A stretch of DNA of 64,000 bases from Candidatus Borrarchaeum weybense. Its GTDB lineage: Archaea > Asgardarchaeota > Sifarchaeia > Borrarchaeales > Borrarchaeaceae. The stretch covers positions 1,234,539-1,298,538 of the forward strand of contig JAHQJS010000004.1 in NCBI GenBank assembly GCA_019057385.1, written 5' to 3'. The stretch's first letter is position 1; each line of letters begins with the position of its first letter. This document shows positions 29,434-40,949 of this stretch, piece after piece. Below the pieces are notes generated by a model. The model was not told the origin of the DNA and did no database searches. It saw nothing but the letters and a program-made list of their open reading frames with translations. Position numbers and translations under genes: made by a program.

Positions 29434-30414
29434 TTAATATTGTATGTATCGAGTTCTGAAGTTTGTAGCTTTACGTCTGACGAGCAGTCGTTTATTTTTA
29501 AAGACGAATGTATCTAAATCTCTTACAACTAGAATTGTCCTCACATGATTTTTCAATTCTAGAATAGCCTTTGTGGATTCTTTTGTTTGAAAGGGTATTG
29601 ATTCTAAAGTGAGTCTCTCAGCAGCCTGTTTTAATATCGCTTCTTCAGTCGTTTCAATGTCTTTAGGAGTCTTTTTAAATAATGATCTGTGACCAAATCG
29701 CATATCGGCAATATGTGTCAATGCAAGATGGTTTGAATTGCTTCTTAGAGCATCAATCACAGCAGTAGATGGTGTAGAATGCATACTCTTTTGCGCCCAT
29801 CGTTTATTTTTGTTAGGAAAGGTACTTTCATGAAAGAAAATACACGAGTTTTGTCCTAATTTCTGAATCGAAGGAAAACCCGCAATGGTATCTACTGGGA
29901 ATGTGATTTTTAAATTAGGATTTTTGAAGGCGTAACAAAGAGTAGGTGTTCTATGTGCTGCTCTACATGCCCAAACTTCGGTATTTTGAATTTCATCTAT
30001 TTTCTTAATTTCATCTGATTGAAAAAATAGTTGGTTTTTTTCATCGTCACTTAGAAATTCTATAAACCGTGGAATCCTTCCTAAAAAACAAGCTCTGATA
30101 AAAAGTCTTAAGAAACGTTCTTTCTCAGGCGGATAAAACAATTTCACCTTTGGATTATCAGAAGCTTTTTTAATCTTACGAAGAACCCAACCAAAATATA
30201 CGGGGTTGAGGTGATCTAAATGTGTATGAGTGATATAGATGCGGCGGATTTTTGAAAAATCGTCTTTTCTAAGAGAAAGTAAGTTTTTGGATCCACAATC
30301 AATTAATGCAATAGATTGATCGTCATCAGAATATAGTCTTACGACCATTGCGCTTTTTGCTCTATATTGAAGTATGTTCGCTGAACCGCTTCCCATCACC
30401 TGCACTGAAAGCAT
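29434..30414 (-). CDS. Metallo-beta-lactamase fold hydrolase, RNase Z-like
   Basis: DCG, THTHLDH, AH, DT, HESTF, HST, TH motifs. Confidence 0.8.
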   Translation of the reverse strand: MLSVQVMGSGSANILQYRAKSAMVVRLYSDDDQSIALIDCGSKNLLSLRKDDFSKIRRIYITHTHLDHLNPVYFGWVLRKIKKASDNPKVKLFYPPEKERFLRLFIRACFLGRIPRFIEFLSDDEKNQLFFQSDEIKKIDEIQNTEVWACRAAHRTPTLCYAFKNPNLKITFPVDTIAGFPSIQKLGQNSCIFFHESTFPNKNKRWAQKSMHSTPSTAVIDALRSNSNHLALTHIADMRFGHRSLFKKTPKDIETTEEAILKQAAERLTLESIPFQTKESTKAILELKNHVRTILVVRDLDTFVFKNKRLLVRRKATNFRTRYIQY

Positions 30415-30463
30415 TAGAACGCCTCGTGAAATATTTTAGATTAACTATAAGCTATTTGCCTGA

Positions 30464-30505
30464 TTATTCCAAGATTTCATAGGGACTTCTTGTTGGCCAA
30501 TCAGG
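30464..30505 (-). pseudogene. Displaced 3' end of the cupin gene (PDWPTRSPYEILE*)
   Basis: In frame with 32395..32760 after removal of tnpB element 2. Confidence 0.8.
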
Positions 30506-30513
30506 TACCAACC

Positions 30514-32394
30514 GTTCCTTTCATTATAGACATCTCTTAACAACTCTTTGCAGTTATTAACACTGTCTATCCACCCAACGTCTGAACAAGACGGTGAATG
30601 GAGTCCCCGCTAGGACGGTTGAGCGGGATACCCGTCGCCATATAGGGGACAGGCTTTGCCTGTTTTAAACTAAAGCGCTTCTTACGCTTTTCTTGATACA
30701 CTCGATAGATGTTCACCGCCGCGATGTAATCGCGGTCGGCTAAATATGAACACGCCCCACAGTAAAAGAATCGGCCGCGTTTTAACACCTGGTGGGCACG
30801 GGGGTCACTGATCTTCGCCCCTTTGGCACCACAGCGCGGACAAAAACTCGATGTCCAGCGCGGGTTTACCCGCACCAGCTTGATACCGTAACGCTGTGCC
30901 TTGTACTTGAGAATTTCGTAAAAGGCCCCCCGTAGCCAATTGGAGAGTTTACGTGAGATTTTACGCAGGTGTTTCGGCGGCTGGTAGTTGCGCAAGTCCT
31001 CCAGCACGATGGTCTTGCACCCCCATGTAAGGGCAGTCTCCAGCAGCTGGTTGCTCGCTAAATGCAGTATCTCCTCGCGATAGCGGTTCAGTTTACGGTA
31101 CAGCCGCTCCAGTTCCTCCCTACGTTTACCCTGCCCGTACCAGTTGACGGGATAGCGATCTAACTTGCGTTGCAGCCGGGAGATATGGTGGTAGAGAGCG
31201 TCTATTTTTTGCAACACGGTGGTAGAGGGCGACCAGAAAATGGGAGGGCTCAACTGCGACCCAGCTTCACAGATTACCGAGGTCGTCAGTTTGATCACCC
31301 CCAGATCGGTGGCCAGCACACGGTTCGCCCGTAACGGCGGATAGTGTGTCTGAGGCTGCGTCTGGTGTTGGGGGTTTGGGTCAAAAGACCATGCACATTC
31401 CAGAAAGGGGAGTGTCAAGCCGCCTTTCAGTGTGATATAGCGTAAGTTAGGGGGACACAATTTACTAGAGGGTGAGATCACCCGTGCTTGAAGTTTGGCC
31501 GGTATCGACAGGGTAAACTCCTGCCACCCCCAGTGGGAGCGTTTCGTAGGCTGTGGGCGGCAGGGGAGTTTCAGTCTGATGGCGATGATGCTTGGATCGG
31601 CTTGGTGCGGCTGCCAGTCGTACTGAAGGGCTTGCCCCTCATCGGGGCTGTAGGGCAGGCTAAACGAGTGAAGTCGTGGTTTCACGACTGCGGAGTAAGG
31701 AAACCGCAACAACAGGCTTAAATCCAAGCCGAGTTGATAATAATAACGCCTAAACATGCGTAAGGTCTGACGGATCAGCGCCCAGCGATAAAATATGCCT
31801 TCAAAATTCGCTAAGGTGAGGGCTACGGTGCGCACTAAATTATCCAGTTTGCCCTCTACACCCGTGAGTTGAACGATCCGTAACACATCATAATAACACT
31901 GTTTGCGGATGGCTTGCGAGCGAAGGATGCGTCCCACCTGTTCGGCGATACACCGCCTGATGCGAGAGGGCAGGTACACCGCCGTTCCCTGGCTAGTGGT
32001 TAAGTTGACGCGCCGTTCGTTGATGACTTTGTAGGCCTTTTTTGTGCGGGCGGAGTCCAGCGTATCGATCCAATGATCGGACCATAATTCGGCTAAGAGT
32101 TTTTGAGCAGCGTGCATCACAATATCTTGGAGCATATCCAGTTCGAGGCGTAAGGTGGCGTCTTGTGGGAGTTTGAGTGGATACGTGTGCGTCAGCGAGG
32201 TCATAGGTGTGAAGTTCTCCTGCAGTTAAGGTGATATGGTCGTTCAGGGAGTTACCGGCACTTGAGTATAGAGAAACTAGTTATAAAAAGACAACCTTTT
32301 TTTAAGTAGTAACAAGGAGGTAGTCATTTGACGCCTCAAGCCGTGAAATAAATGTCTATAAAACGATACATGTGTTAATAGATGTGTCAACTTT
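30514..32394 (-). mobile_element. Non-autonomous tnpB element 2 (IS607-like ends, no transposase)
   Basis: Direct repeat TACCAACC at 30506-30513 and 32395-32402; subterminal motifs TTATAGACAT, ACATCT(A/C)TTAACA and TATTAACAC inverted between ends; visibly GC-richer than host. Confidence 0.9.
30567..32204 (-). CDS. tnpB: Large TnpB / Cas12f-like RNA-guided endonuclease (545 aa)
   Basis: RuvC-I ATDLG, RuvC-II VLEDL, VNPRWTSSFCPRC..CGAC, RuvC-III DRDYIAAVNI; ~300-aa N-terminal region. Confidence 0.9.
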   Translation of the reverse strand: MTSLTHTYPLKLPQDATLRLELDMLQDIVMHAAQKLLAELWSDHWIDTLDSARTKKAYKVINERRVNLTTSQGTAVYLPSRIRRCIAEQVGRILRSQAIRKQCYYDVLRIVQLTGVEGKLDNLVRTVALTLANFEGIFYRWALIRQTLRMFRRYYYQLGLDLSLLLRFPYSAVVKPRLHSFSLPYSPDEGQALQYDWQPHQADPSIIAIRLKLPCRPQPTKRSHWGWQEFTLSIPAKLQARVISPSSKLCPPNLRYITLKGGLTLPFLECAWSFDPNPQHQTQPQTHYPPLRANRVLATDLGVIKLTTSVICEAGSQLSPPIFWSPSTTVLQKIDALYHHISRLQRKLDRYPVNWYGQGKRREELERLYRKLNRYREEILHLASNQLLETALTWGCKTIVLEDLRNYQPPKHLRKISRKLSNWLRGAFYEILKYKAQRYGIKLVRVNPRWTSSFCPRCGAKGAKISDPRAHQVLKRGRFFYCGACSYLADRDYIAAVNIYRVYQEKRKKRFSLKQAKPVPYMATGIPLNRPSGDSIHRLVQTLGG

Positions 32395-32760
32395 TACCAA
32401 CCCCACAAACATTATGCCTCCAACAACTAAGAGCCACAACAACTCGTTGCTCGTATTATATACTCTGTGATCCGTGTTTTCTTTATTATATATCGCATCT
32501 CCAGCCTCAAATTCATAATTGACTCCTTCGGATTCTATTGTTCCCCTTCCTTGAAGAACATAATATACTTCTTCACAATTATGTCTATGTAACGGAGAAT
32601 GAGAATTCGGTTCAATTTCAACAATGCCCATAATGAGTGTTTTAGTTTCTACACCAGTTTCAGGGTATAGTACTTTAAGATCCTTTACTCCTGGACGCGA
32701 CTCCATTGGAGCACCTGGGATATATTCAGATTTCTTCACAACAACCTTACTAGAAGGCAT
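32356..32760 (-). CDS. Cupin domain protein, C-terminus replaced by element sequence
   Basis: HRHNCEEVYYVLQGRG and H..YN cupin motifs; native tail lies at 30464..30505. Confidence 0.85.
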   Translation of the reverse strand: MPSSKVVVKKSEYIPGAPMESRPGVKDLKVLYPETGVETKTLIMGIVEIEPNSHSPLHRHNCEEVYYVLQGRGTIESEGVNYEFEAGDAIYNKENTDHRVYNTSNELLWLLVVGGIMFVGLVKVDTSINTCIVL

Positions 32761-32963
32761 GTCAACTCACCAAGTTTTCCTAATATAGACCTATCAAATT
32801 TATAATTATCGCGAGAGCAATCTGTGAACTATAAATCTCTAGAAATTATCTATCAAACGATCTCCTTATGTGACGAAAGTAACTTTAATATATTTGCTCG
32901 TACTTAAAGAGATCCTACTAAATAATTGTTTCAGAAGTTACTTATATCAAATAAAATGGGGAG

Positions 32964-33458
32964 TTGATTGATTTGACGTTACATCACATATTTTTGGTTG
33001 AGAAGACAGGTCTTCCAGTTTATTCCATGTGTATTGATCACCCTTCTGAAGAATGTGCGCTCGGAATGATAGATGACTCACTAGCAGCGGGATTCATAGC
33101 AGCAATAAAATCTTTCGGCGATGAAATAGGGTTTAAAGATATACAACGAATTGACTCTAATAACTTCAGACTTCTTTTCGATTTTTCAGATGACGCTATA
33201 CTAGTATTTGAGACTTCACCAAAAGATTCCGTTAGAAGATACAAAAAAATGATGAACAAGAGCACGACTTTTTTGAATGACGCCTATTATGAAGGCTTCA
33301 CAAGACTTGAGAGCCAAAAAATCAAATTTATAGGACGATTTAGCGGTTTCTTGGACAATTTTAAACAAATAAGAGATAAGGGATCTGATTATACTCTATC
33401 ACGTGCAGAATTATTTAAGAAATTCTTGGCAAAAATTAAAGAGAAATTAGGTCTCTAG
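32964..33458 (+). CDS. Longin-like domain protein (Asgard-type)
   Basis: IFLVEKTGLPVYS...LAAGFIAAIKSFGDEIG...IQRI pattern of Asgard longin-like domains. Confidence 0.65.
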   Translation: MIDLTLHHIFLVEKTGLPVYSMCIDHPSEECALGMIDDSLAAGFIAAIKSFGDEIGFKDIQRIDSNNFRLLFDFSDDAILVFETSPKDSVRRYKKMMNKSTTFLNDAYYEGFTRLESQKIKFIGRFSGFLDNFKQIRDKGSDYTLSRAELFKKFLAKIKEKLGL

Positions 33459-33686
33459 CACACTAATTTTTTGTACGGATTATGTGTGTCTTGGATTTTA
33501 ACAGATCAATGGATTTCAGACAGACATCTTAGAAGATCCTTCTTTACATTTCTAGCTTGTTGTATTCTTGTCTTTGAATACTTTCGATGACCTCTCTCTC
33601 TTTACATTGTGAAGATGAGAAAACCTAAAAATCACAACTACAATAACACGTTGAATTCACTACTTGAAAACAAGGTGTTCTAAAGT

Positions 33687-36557
33687 TTGCCAAAGAATGA
33701 AATTGTAGTAGTCGGAGCCCGGATGCACAATCTCAAGGATATCACAGTTAGGATACCCAGAGATAAATTTGTGGTTATTACGGGTATTAGTGGATCTGGC
33801 AAATCTTCTCTAGCTTTTGATACGATCTATGCCGAAGGACAACGTCGTTATATAGAATCTCTAAGCTCGTATGCTCGCCAATTTCTAGGACAAATGGATA
33901 AACCAGATGTAGACCACATTGATGGCTTATCACCAGCGATTTCGATTGAACAAAGGCCTGCGTCAGCTAATCCTCGTAGTACTGTAGGTACTGTAACCGA
34001 GATTTATGATTATTTAAGGCTCTTATTCGCCAGAATCGGAATCCCACACTGCCCAAAATGTGGAAAACTAATTGAAAAGCAAACAGTAGACCAAATGGTG
34101 GAGCATGTTCTAAAACTTTCCAAAGAAACACAAACAAAAATACTTGTTCTTACTCCTATAGTCAGTGGCAGAAAAGGAACTCACGAAAAGGTATTTAAGA
34201 ACGCGAAAAAAGAAGGCTTCGTTAGAGTACGAGTTGATGGCGAAATTCTGTCATTAGATGAAGATATTAAACTAGATAAGAACAAAAAGCATTCAATTGA
34301 GATAGTTGTAGATCGTCTTGTTCTGAAACCTGGCATACGCAAACGCCTTGCTGATTCAGTTGAAACAGCACTTAAGATGTCAGGAGGTACATTATTTATC
34401 CATACTATAGAAACTAATGAAACTATCCCATATAGCGAGGACTTAGCATGTCCTGCGTGTAATTTAAGTTTTCCCGAGATTTTAACACCCAGAATGTTTT
34501 CATTTAACTCTCCGTATGGAGCTTGCCATGAATGCGACGGGCTAGGCTTCAAAATGGAAATTGATCCTGATTTGGTTATTCCCGATAAAACCAAATCCAT
34601 TATGGAAGAAGGAATTCATGGGCCAGTAGCGGCTTCAAATGAAAACTCCTATGCAGTACAAATGATGAAATCAATAGGAGACAAATACGGGTTTGATCTA
34701 GATACACCGTTTAAGGATTTCTCCGAAAAACAGCTTCACGTTTTACTTTACGGCACAAAAGGTCGAAAAGTTAAGTTTAAAGTTTCGAGATATGATCGTG
34801 AGGTAGAATGGAATGGTATGTGGGAAGGAATCATCAATAACTTGGAAAGACGATATAGAGAAACACGATCTGATTGGATGAGGGAAGAAATTGAAAAGTA
34901 CATGAGTACTGCAGCATGCCCAGTTTGTAATGGCGATCGTCTTCGTCCTGAAGTATTAGCGGTTACAATCCAAGATAAGAATATTTCTGACGTTACAAAA
35001 CTGACAGTCAAGAGTGCAGCTATGTTTTTCGAAACTCTCAAACTTACAGAACGCGAACATCTAATTGCAGATCAAGTGCTAAGAGAAATCCAAGAACGTT
35101 TAGGATTCTTGAATAATGTTGGGATCGATTACTTGACCTTGGATCGTCAGGCAGGTACATTGTCAGTTGGAGAAGCACAACGAATCCATCTCGCAACACA
35201 GATAGGCAGTGCTCTCGTAGGAGTTTTATACGTGCTTGATGAACCTACAATCGGTCTTCATGCTCGCGATTGTTCTCGACTTATTAATACGTTGCTTCGC
35301 CTGAGAGATTTGGGTAATACAGTGCTTGTTGTTGAGCATGATCCAGAGACAATACTCTCTGCAGATTGGATAATCGATATAGGGCCAGGAGCTGGACTTC
35401 ATGGTGGTGAAATTGTTGCTGAAGGTCCTCCAGAGGCTATTCTTTCAAATAAAAACTCCTTAACTGGAAAATATCTGAGCGGAAAAAAAGTAATTCCAAC
35501 TCCTAAGAAAAGAAGAGAACCAAATGAAGAGTATTTATCAATAAAAGGGGCTCAGCAATTTAATTTGAAAAGCATAGATGTTAAGATTCCGTTACATGTA
35601 TTTACTTGCATTACTGGTGTTAGTGGCTCAGGAAAATCAACGTTAATCAACGAAATTCTTTATAAAACGCTCGCCAGACGAATTTATGGTTCAAAGGAGA
35701 AACCTGGAGTTCATAAAGGAATTGAGGGCATGGATTATATCGACAAAGTAATCCGTATAGATCAAAGCCCAATTGGACGGACACCTCGCTCAAATCCTTC
35801 GACATATACAGGAGTATTTACGCCAATTCGAGAATTATTTGCCAAAACGCCCGATTCACGAGTTAGAGGATATAAACCTGGAAGATTTTCTTTTAATGTC
35901 AAAGGAGGACGATGTGAATTTTGCAGAGGACATGGCATCATTAGAATAGAGATGCATTTCTTGCCAGACGTCTATGTACCCTGTGAAGTCTGTAAGGGTA
36001 AAAGATTTACACTTGAAACATTAGAAATAAAATATAAAGATAAGAACATCTCAGAAGTACTTGGCATGAGCGTTGAAGAAGCATTAGAATTCTTTGAGAA
36101 TATTCCTCAAATTCAAAGAAGACTGCAAACGCTCTACGATGTGGGACTCGGATACATTAAACTCGGTCAGCCTGCAACGACACTTTCCGGTGGAGAAGCA
36201 CAACGTGTCAAATTAGCGAAAGAACTTGGGAAGAAACCTACTGGTAAAACAATCTATATTCTCGATGAGCCAACAACAGGTCTTCATTTTGATGATATTA
36301 AAAAATTATTGAACGTCCTTAACAGATTAACAGATTCTGGCAATACGGTCATAGTCATTGAGCATAATCTCGATGTTATCAAAACTGCAGATTATATCAT
36401 TGACCTTGGTCTAGAAGGTGGAGATGGTGGAGGGATGATTGTAGCAGAGGGTACTCCTGAAGAGATCATAGGTGTGGAAGAATCGTATACGGGCCAATAT
36501 CTAAAAAAGTATTTAGAAAAACCTCAGGAATTAACAAAAACAGTAGTAAATCCTTAA
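33687..36557 (+). CDS. uvrA: Excinuclease ABC subunit A
   Basis: [23 protein letters not shown], Zn fingers, second [17 protein letters not shown]. Confidence 0.98.
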   Translation: MPKNEIVVVGARMHNLKDITVRIPRDKFVVITGISGSGKSSLAFDTIYAEGQRRYIESLSSYARQFLGQMDKPDVDHIDGLSPAISIEQRPASANPRSTVGTVTEIYDYLRLLFARIGIPHCPKCGKLIEKQTVDQMVEHVLKLSKETQTKILVLTPIVSGRKGTHEKVFKNAKKEGFVRVRVDGEILSLDEDIKLDKNKKHSIEIVVDRLVLKPGIRKRLADSVETALKMSGGTLFIHTIETNETIPYSEDLACPACNLSFPEILTPRMFSFNSPYGACHECDGLGFKMEIDPDLVIPDKTKSIMEEGIHGPVAASNENSYAVQMMKSIGDKYGFDLDTPFKDFSEKQLHVLLYGTKGRKVKFKVSRYDREVEWNGMWEGIINNLERRYRETRSDWMREEIEKYMSTAACPVCNGDRLRPEVLAVTIQDKNISDVTKLTVKSAAMFFETLKLTEREHLIADQVLREIQERLGFLNNVGIDYLTLDRQAGTLSVGEAQRIHLATQIGSALVGVLYVLDEPTIGLHARDCSRLINTLLRLRDLGNTVLVVEHDPETILSADWIIDIGPGAGLHGGEIVAEGPPEAILSNKNSLTGKYLSGKKVIPTPKKRREPNEEYLSIKGAQQFNLKSIDVKIPLHVFTCITGVSGSGKSTLINEILYKTLARRIYGSKEKPGVHKGIEGMDYIDKVIRIDQSPIGRTPRSNPSTYTGVFTPIRELFAKTPDSRVRGYKPGRFSFNVKGGRCEFCRGHGIIRIEMHFLPDVYVPCEVCKGKRFTLETLEIKYKDKNISEVLGMSVEEALEFFENIPQIQRRLQTLYDVGLGYIKLGQPATTLSGGEAQRVKLAKELGKKPTGKTIYILDEPTTGLHFDDIKKLLNVLNRLTDSGNTVIVIEHNLDVIKTADYIIDLGLEGGDGGGMIVAEGTPEEIIGVEESYTGQYLKKYLEKPQELTKTVVNP

Positions 36558-36794
36558 TTAATAGAGTTTTTATTTAAAGATAAGAAAAAAGACGCGTTTT
36601 GATTTCTTTCAAGCATTGTCATAAAAAAAGTCTTCTCTGCTCGTTTATTTTTTTTATACAAGAGAGTACATTTTATATAAAATAAGGAAAGCATATTGCA
36701 TTCTGACTGACTTAAATTTCTATTAATTTTAAAGAGAGTAAAACGTATAGAGGAAATAAAAATAGGATCTTCCGAAGAACTAGGATTCGCCGAA

Positions 36795-37649
36795 GTGCTT
36801 AAGCTAACTTTCACGTATTGGGCGAGGAAACTTCCATATTTCATGCTACCTTATCTCTTAATCTCTCTGATATCGACCTTAATTATTTTTGGGACACTTG
36901 CTGCTGTAGGATTTGATCTCGGATTCTTGTTGGGCGTATCTTATGCGACATTCCTTCACCACATTCCTTCACTACCAATAGACTGGGAAACACAATGGCA
37001 AACAATATTACCTACAATGTTTGCGGGAATTGCAACAGCAATTCTCATAACAGCGTTCTTTAAACTGATAATTCAGGGAATGCTTGTTAAATATACTGCA
37101 GATTTACACCAAGGAGTTGAGAAGCCAAGTCTAAAAGATAGTTTCTCACATGCTTTGTCACGATTTCTACCTTTGCTTGGCGCTACAATACTAATGATAT
37201 TGATTATCCTAGGTATAGTAGTAGCAGTTGGAATTGGAATTATGCATGTGCTTGCATTAATATTTACATCAGCAGGAACAGGTAACGTACTGTTAATTAT
37301 CGCCGGTGTTTTAATTGTCCTGCTGATAATGATAGTACTAATTATAATAATCACTACGTATTTCAGGGTAATCACTCAGAGTATTATGTTAGAAGATTCT
37401 GGAGCAGTTCAATCACTGAAGCGTAGCTGGTATTTGGTAAAAGGAAGATGGTGGCTAACATTTCTCTTAGGAATCGTGATTGCTATTGTTACTGGAATTA
37501 TCGTTGCGATTGGTGGTGCGATTGCTTCTCTCGCAGATATTTTTATAGTATCTATGGTCATTAGCACAATTATCAACGCAATTATCAGTCCAATCGAAAT
37601 TATCGCATTTACGCTGTGGTTCTTCGATCTAAAAGCAATAAAGGGCTGA
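36795..37649 (+). CDS. Multi-pass membrane protein (GPDPase membrane-domain/DUF7544-like)
   Basis: ~6 TM helices, IMLEDSGAVQSLKRSWYLVKGRWW motif; start may lie upstream. Confidence 0.75.
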   Translation: MLKLTFTYWARKLPYFMLPYLLISLISTLIIFGTLAAVGFDLGFLLGVSYATFLHHIPSLPIDWETQWQTILPTMFAGIATAILITAFFKLIIQGMLVKYTADLHQGVEKPSLKDSFSHALSRFLPLLGATILMILIILGIVVAVGIGIMHVLALIFTSAGTGNVLLIIAGVLIVLLIMIVLIIIITTYFRVITQSIMLEDSGAVQSLKRSWYLVKGRWWLTFLLGIVIAIVTGIIVAIGGAIASLADIFIVSMVISTIINAIISPIEIIAFTLWFFDLKAIKG

Positions 37650-37707
37650 AGCCCTCTTTTTCTATACAAAAATATATGTATTAGTTCTTCAGGTATAGCT
37701 GATGTTA

Positions 37708-37908
37708 GTGAGCTACCTCGCGCTAAAGCATCGAGGCTTCCTGCTTCTCAGACGGACTCGATCCCCTTGCGGGTTACGGAGGTCGTAGCTCCACAGGCTT
37801 AACATCCAACGCCCCGTAGGTACTCATAAACTTTATGAACAACAAATTATATAACTCCAACGCCATTCATCACCACGCAGAAGCGGTGGTGCTATCTTGC
37901 TTAGTTAC
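37708..37908 (-). mobile_element. IS200/IS605-derived MITE with TnpB-type guide scaffold, no ORF
   Basis: Minus strand: left-end hairpin CACCACCGCTTCTGCGTGGTGATGAATGGCG, then GCCTGTGGAG..GAAGCAGGAAGCCTCG..CTTTAGCGCGAGGTAGCTCAC right end; left boundary approximate. Confidence 0.8.
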
Positions 37909-37949
37909 CAGTAACATGTCGAAAAAATAACTCTTAAGGAGGGATTAAG

Positions 37950-38357
37950 ATGGTTAATTTGCCAAAAGAAGTAAAAGACTTATTAGTTCCAGGCGCTGGA
38001 GCTGGAATTGTAAAAGCAATAGGTACAGCTGATTCTGAAGGTTCACCCCATACAATCATTACTGGGTCATTAATGGCCATTGATGATGAAACCCTAGCCT
38101 TCGGTGTAGTAGCGGCTAAAACAACAGTAAATAATTTGAAAACCACAAATAAAGCTTCAATTGCAATTTACAAGCCGCCAATGACTGGCTATCGTATCGA
38201 GAGCACATACAACTCTTTCCAAGACTCGGGATCTTTATTCGATAGTTTCTCGGAAGCGCTTAAAAAAAGGAATCTTCCGTGCAGTGGAGTTATACTATTA
38301 AAGGTAGACGGCGTATATGCATTAGGTTCACCAGAGCCTGGCAAAAAAATTGCATAA
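37950..38357 (+). CDS. Pyridoxamine 5'-phosphate oxidase-like FMN-binding protein
   Basis: IGTADSEGSPH, KTTVNNLK, PGKKI. Confidence 0.8.
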   Translation: MVNLPKEVKDLLVPGAGAGIVKAIGTADSEGSPHTIITGSLMAIDDETLAFGVVAAKTTVNNLKTTNKASIAIYKPPMTGYRIESTYNSFQDSGSLFDSFSEALKKRNLPCSGVILLKVDGVYALGSPEPGKKIA

Positions 38358-38530
38358 CTACCAATTGTAAAGTATTTAAGAGAGGATTAAATGCGAAAAA
38401 ATATAAAAAAAATCAGAGGTAACACTCTAGTCTCTCTTACTATTAGATGGATGGATCTCACTGGTTAAAATTAAACTTGTTCGAATTTTTTTTCTAATTC
38501 TAGAAACCGCACATTCAATTTCTTTACTTT

Positions 38531-39523
<993 letters not shown>

Positions 39524-39551
39524 TCAAATTTTTTTACTTCATTTTCAAAAA

Positions 39552-40082
39552 TTATTTTTGCCATTTTTGTATCCATCTTTCGACTTCGCCTCTCGCATTT
39601 TTTGCACTTCCTCCATGAAAAGCAATTGCATTTACTACTTCTACTTTTGGGCAAAGCTTTGCAATAGCTCTTGCACTACTTCCAAGTCCGCTTCCTTCAT
39701 GTGTACAAAAAGGGATGATTGTTTTTCCTGAAAAATCATAAGATTCTAGGAAAGTGTATACTGCCATCGGCATAGTTCCCCACCAATTAGGGTAACCTAA
39801 AAATACAACTTTATATGCATCAATATCAACGACATAATCCAAAAGTTCTGGTCTTGCATTGCTATGCAATTCTTGTTTTGCCACCACAGTCGTTTCCGTA
39901 TAATCCTCAGGATATGGCTTTATCGTATCAATACGAAACAAATCTCCTCCTGTGATCTCCTTTATCATCTTTGCTATGACTTCGGTATTGCCAATTGGTA
40001 AATTTACAATTTTTCCACTTACGTAATTATTCCCTTTTCTTGAAAAATGCGCAATCAAATATTTCTTTTCTCTTGAATTCAT
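39552..40082 (-). CDS. Flavodoxin
   Basis: GNT, LGYPNWWG, PFCTHEGSG. Confidence 0.9.
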   Translation of the reverse strand: MNSREKKYLIAHFSRKGNNYVSGKIVNLPIGNTEVIAKMIKEITGGDLFRIDTIKPYPEDYTETTVVAKQELHSNARPELLDYVVDIDAYKVVFLGYPNWWGTMPMAVYTFLESYDFSGKTIIPFCTHEGSGLGSSARAIAKLCPKVEVVNAIAFHGGSAKNARGEVERWIQKWQK

Positions 40083-40109
40083 CCCTTTGCACCTCTATTC
40101 AGTCAATAT

Positions 40110-40232
40110 TTACTTGACTTGAAATGCGCCCAGATTTCCAAATTCAGTTGCCTTTTGTGCCAAATATTTCAGTTTATCCTTTTCAACACCTGCTTCTTTC
40201 AAATTTTTGGGTATTTTTAGACTTGAATAAAA
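40110..40232 (-). pseudogene. C-terminal remnant of an iron-containing alcohol dehydrogenase
   Basis: Start-less frame FYSSLKIPKNLKEAGVEKDKLKYLAQKATEFGNLGAF resembles Fe-ADH C-termini. Confidence 0.6.
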
Positions 40233-40367
40233 TCAATCAGCTTGGAAACACCTTTTTGAGGCATTATTATTCATTTTTTATTTTGAGCTAAAATAGAAAA
40301 GACTCTTTAAATTTTTTGAAGACAGTCATAAATAGTTATTCAGTTATTTAATTACTTTTTTTCTAAT

Positions 40368-40949
40368 TCAACCTTCATTTTGTTCGAATTTCTTCTCTAA
40401 TTCTAAGAACCTTACATTCAATTTCTGGATGAATTCATCAAGTTCCTTGTCGACGATCCTTATCCATTCAATCAGCTTATTTAATACTAAGAGCGCATGA
40501 TGCTCCCTCAAAGCTTCTTTAGACTTATCACTTAAAGTTTCACTCCAACGATTACGGATTCTTATCAATTCATCTAGCCTCGCACGTAACTTCATTGCAT
40601 TTTCTTCAAATTTTAGGACTAACAGTTCCAAAAACGAGGTGTCTTCAGCTTGAAACCGCCATTCACGGGAACCTGGTTCCCGACGCCTACCAATTAAACG
40701 CCAGTTTTCAAGTTCCTTAAGATTCCTTGAAATTGTTGAAGGATCGACATTAAATCTATCAGCGAGATCTTTTTGGAATAGAGGTTTATCAGGTGTTGTC
40801 AACACGCATAGCGCATAAATTCTACCTAGTAAAGGAGAACCACCCCAATCATACATTAAATCCTCAAAAAAATTAGAAATCTCTTCTTCTAACTTTATAA
40901 TATCTTCACTGTCAGCCTTCTCAGAACGAGACACCCAAAATTCCCCCAA
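40368..40949 (-). CDS. GbsR/MarR-like transcriptional regulator
   Basis: WGGSPLLGRIYA, STISRNLKELENWRLI, PGSR. Confidence 0.8.
   Translation of the reverse strand: MGEFWVSRSEKADSEDIIKLEEEISNFFEDLMYDWGGSPLLGRIYALCVLTTPDKPLFQKDLADRFNVDPSTISRNLKELENWRLIGRRREPGSREWRFQAEDTSFLELLVLKFEENAMKLRARLDELIRIRNRWSETLSDKSKEALREHHALLVLNKLIEWIRIVDKELDEFIQKLNVRFLELEKKFEQNEG

Noticed and set aside
30567-32204. Pro-Fanzor or type V CRISPR effector
   Set aside because: RuvC motifs are canonical (DLG, Glu in the normal position), and there is no CRISPR array or cas gene nearby.
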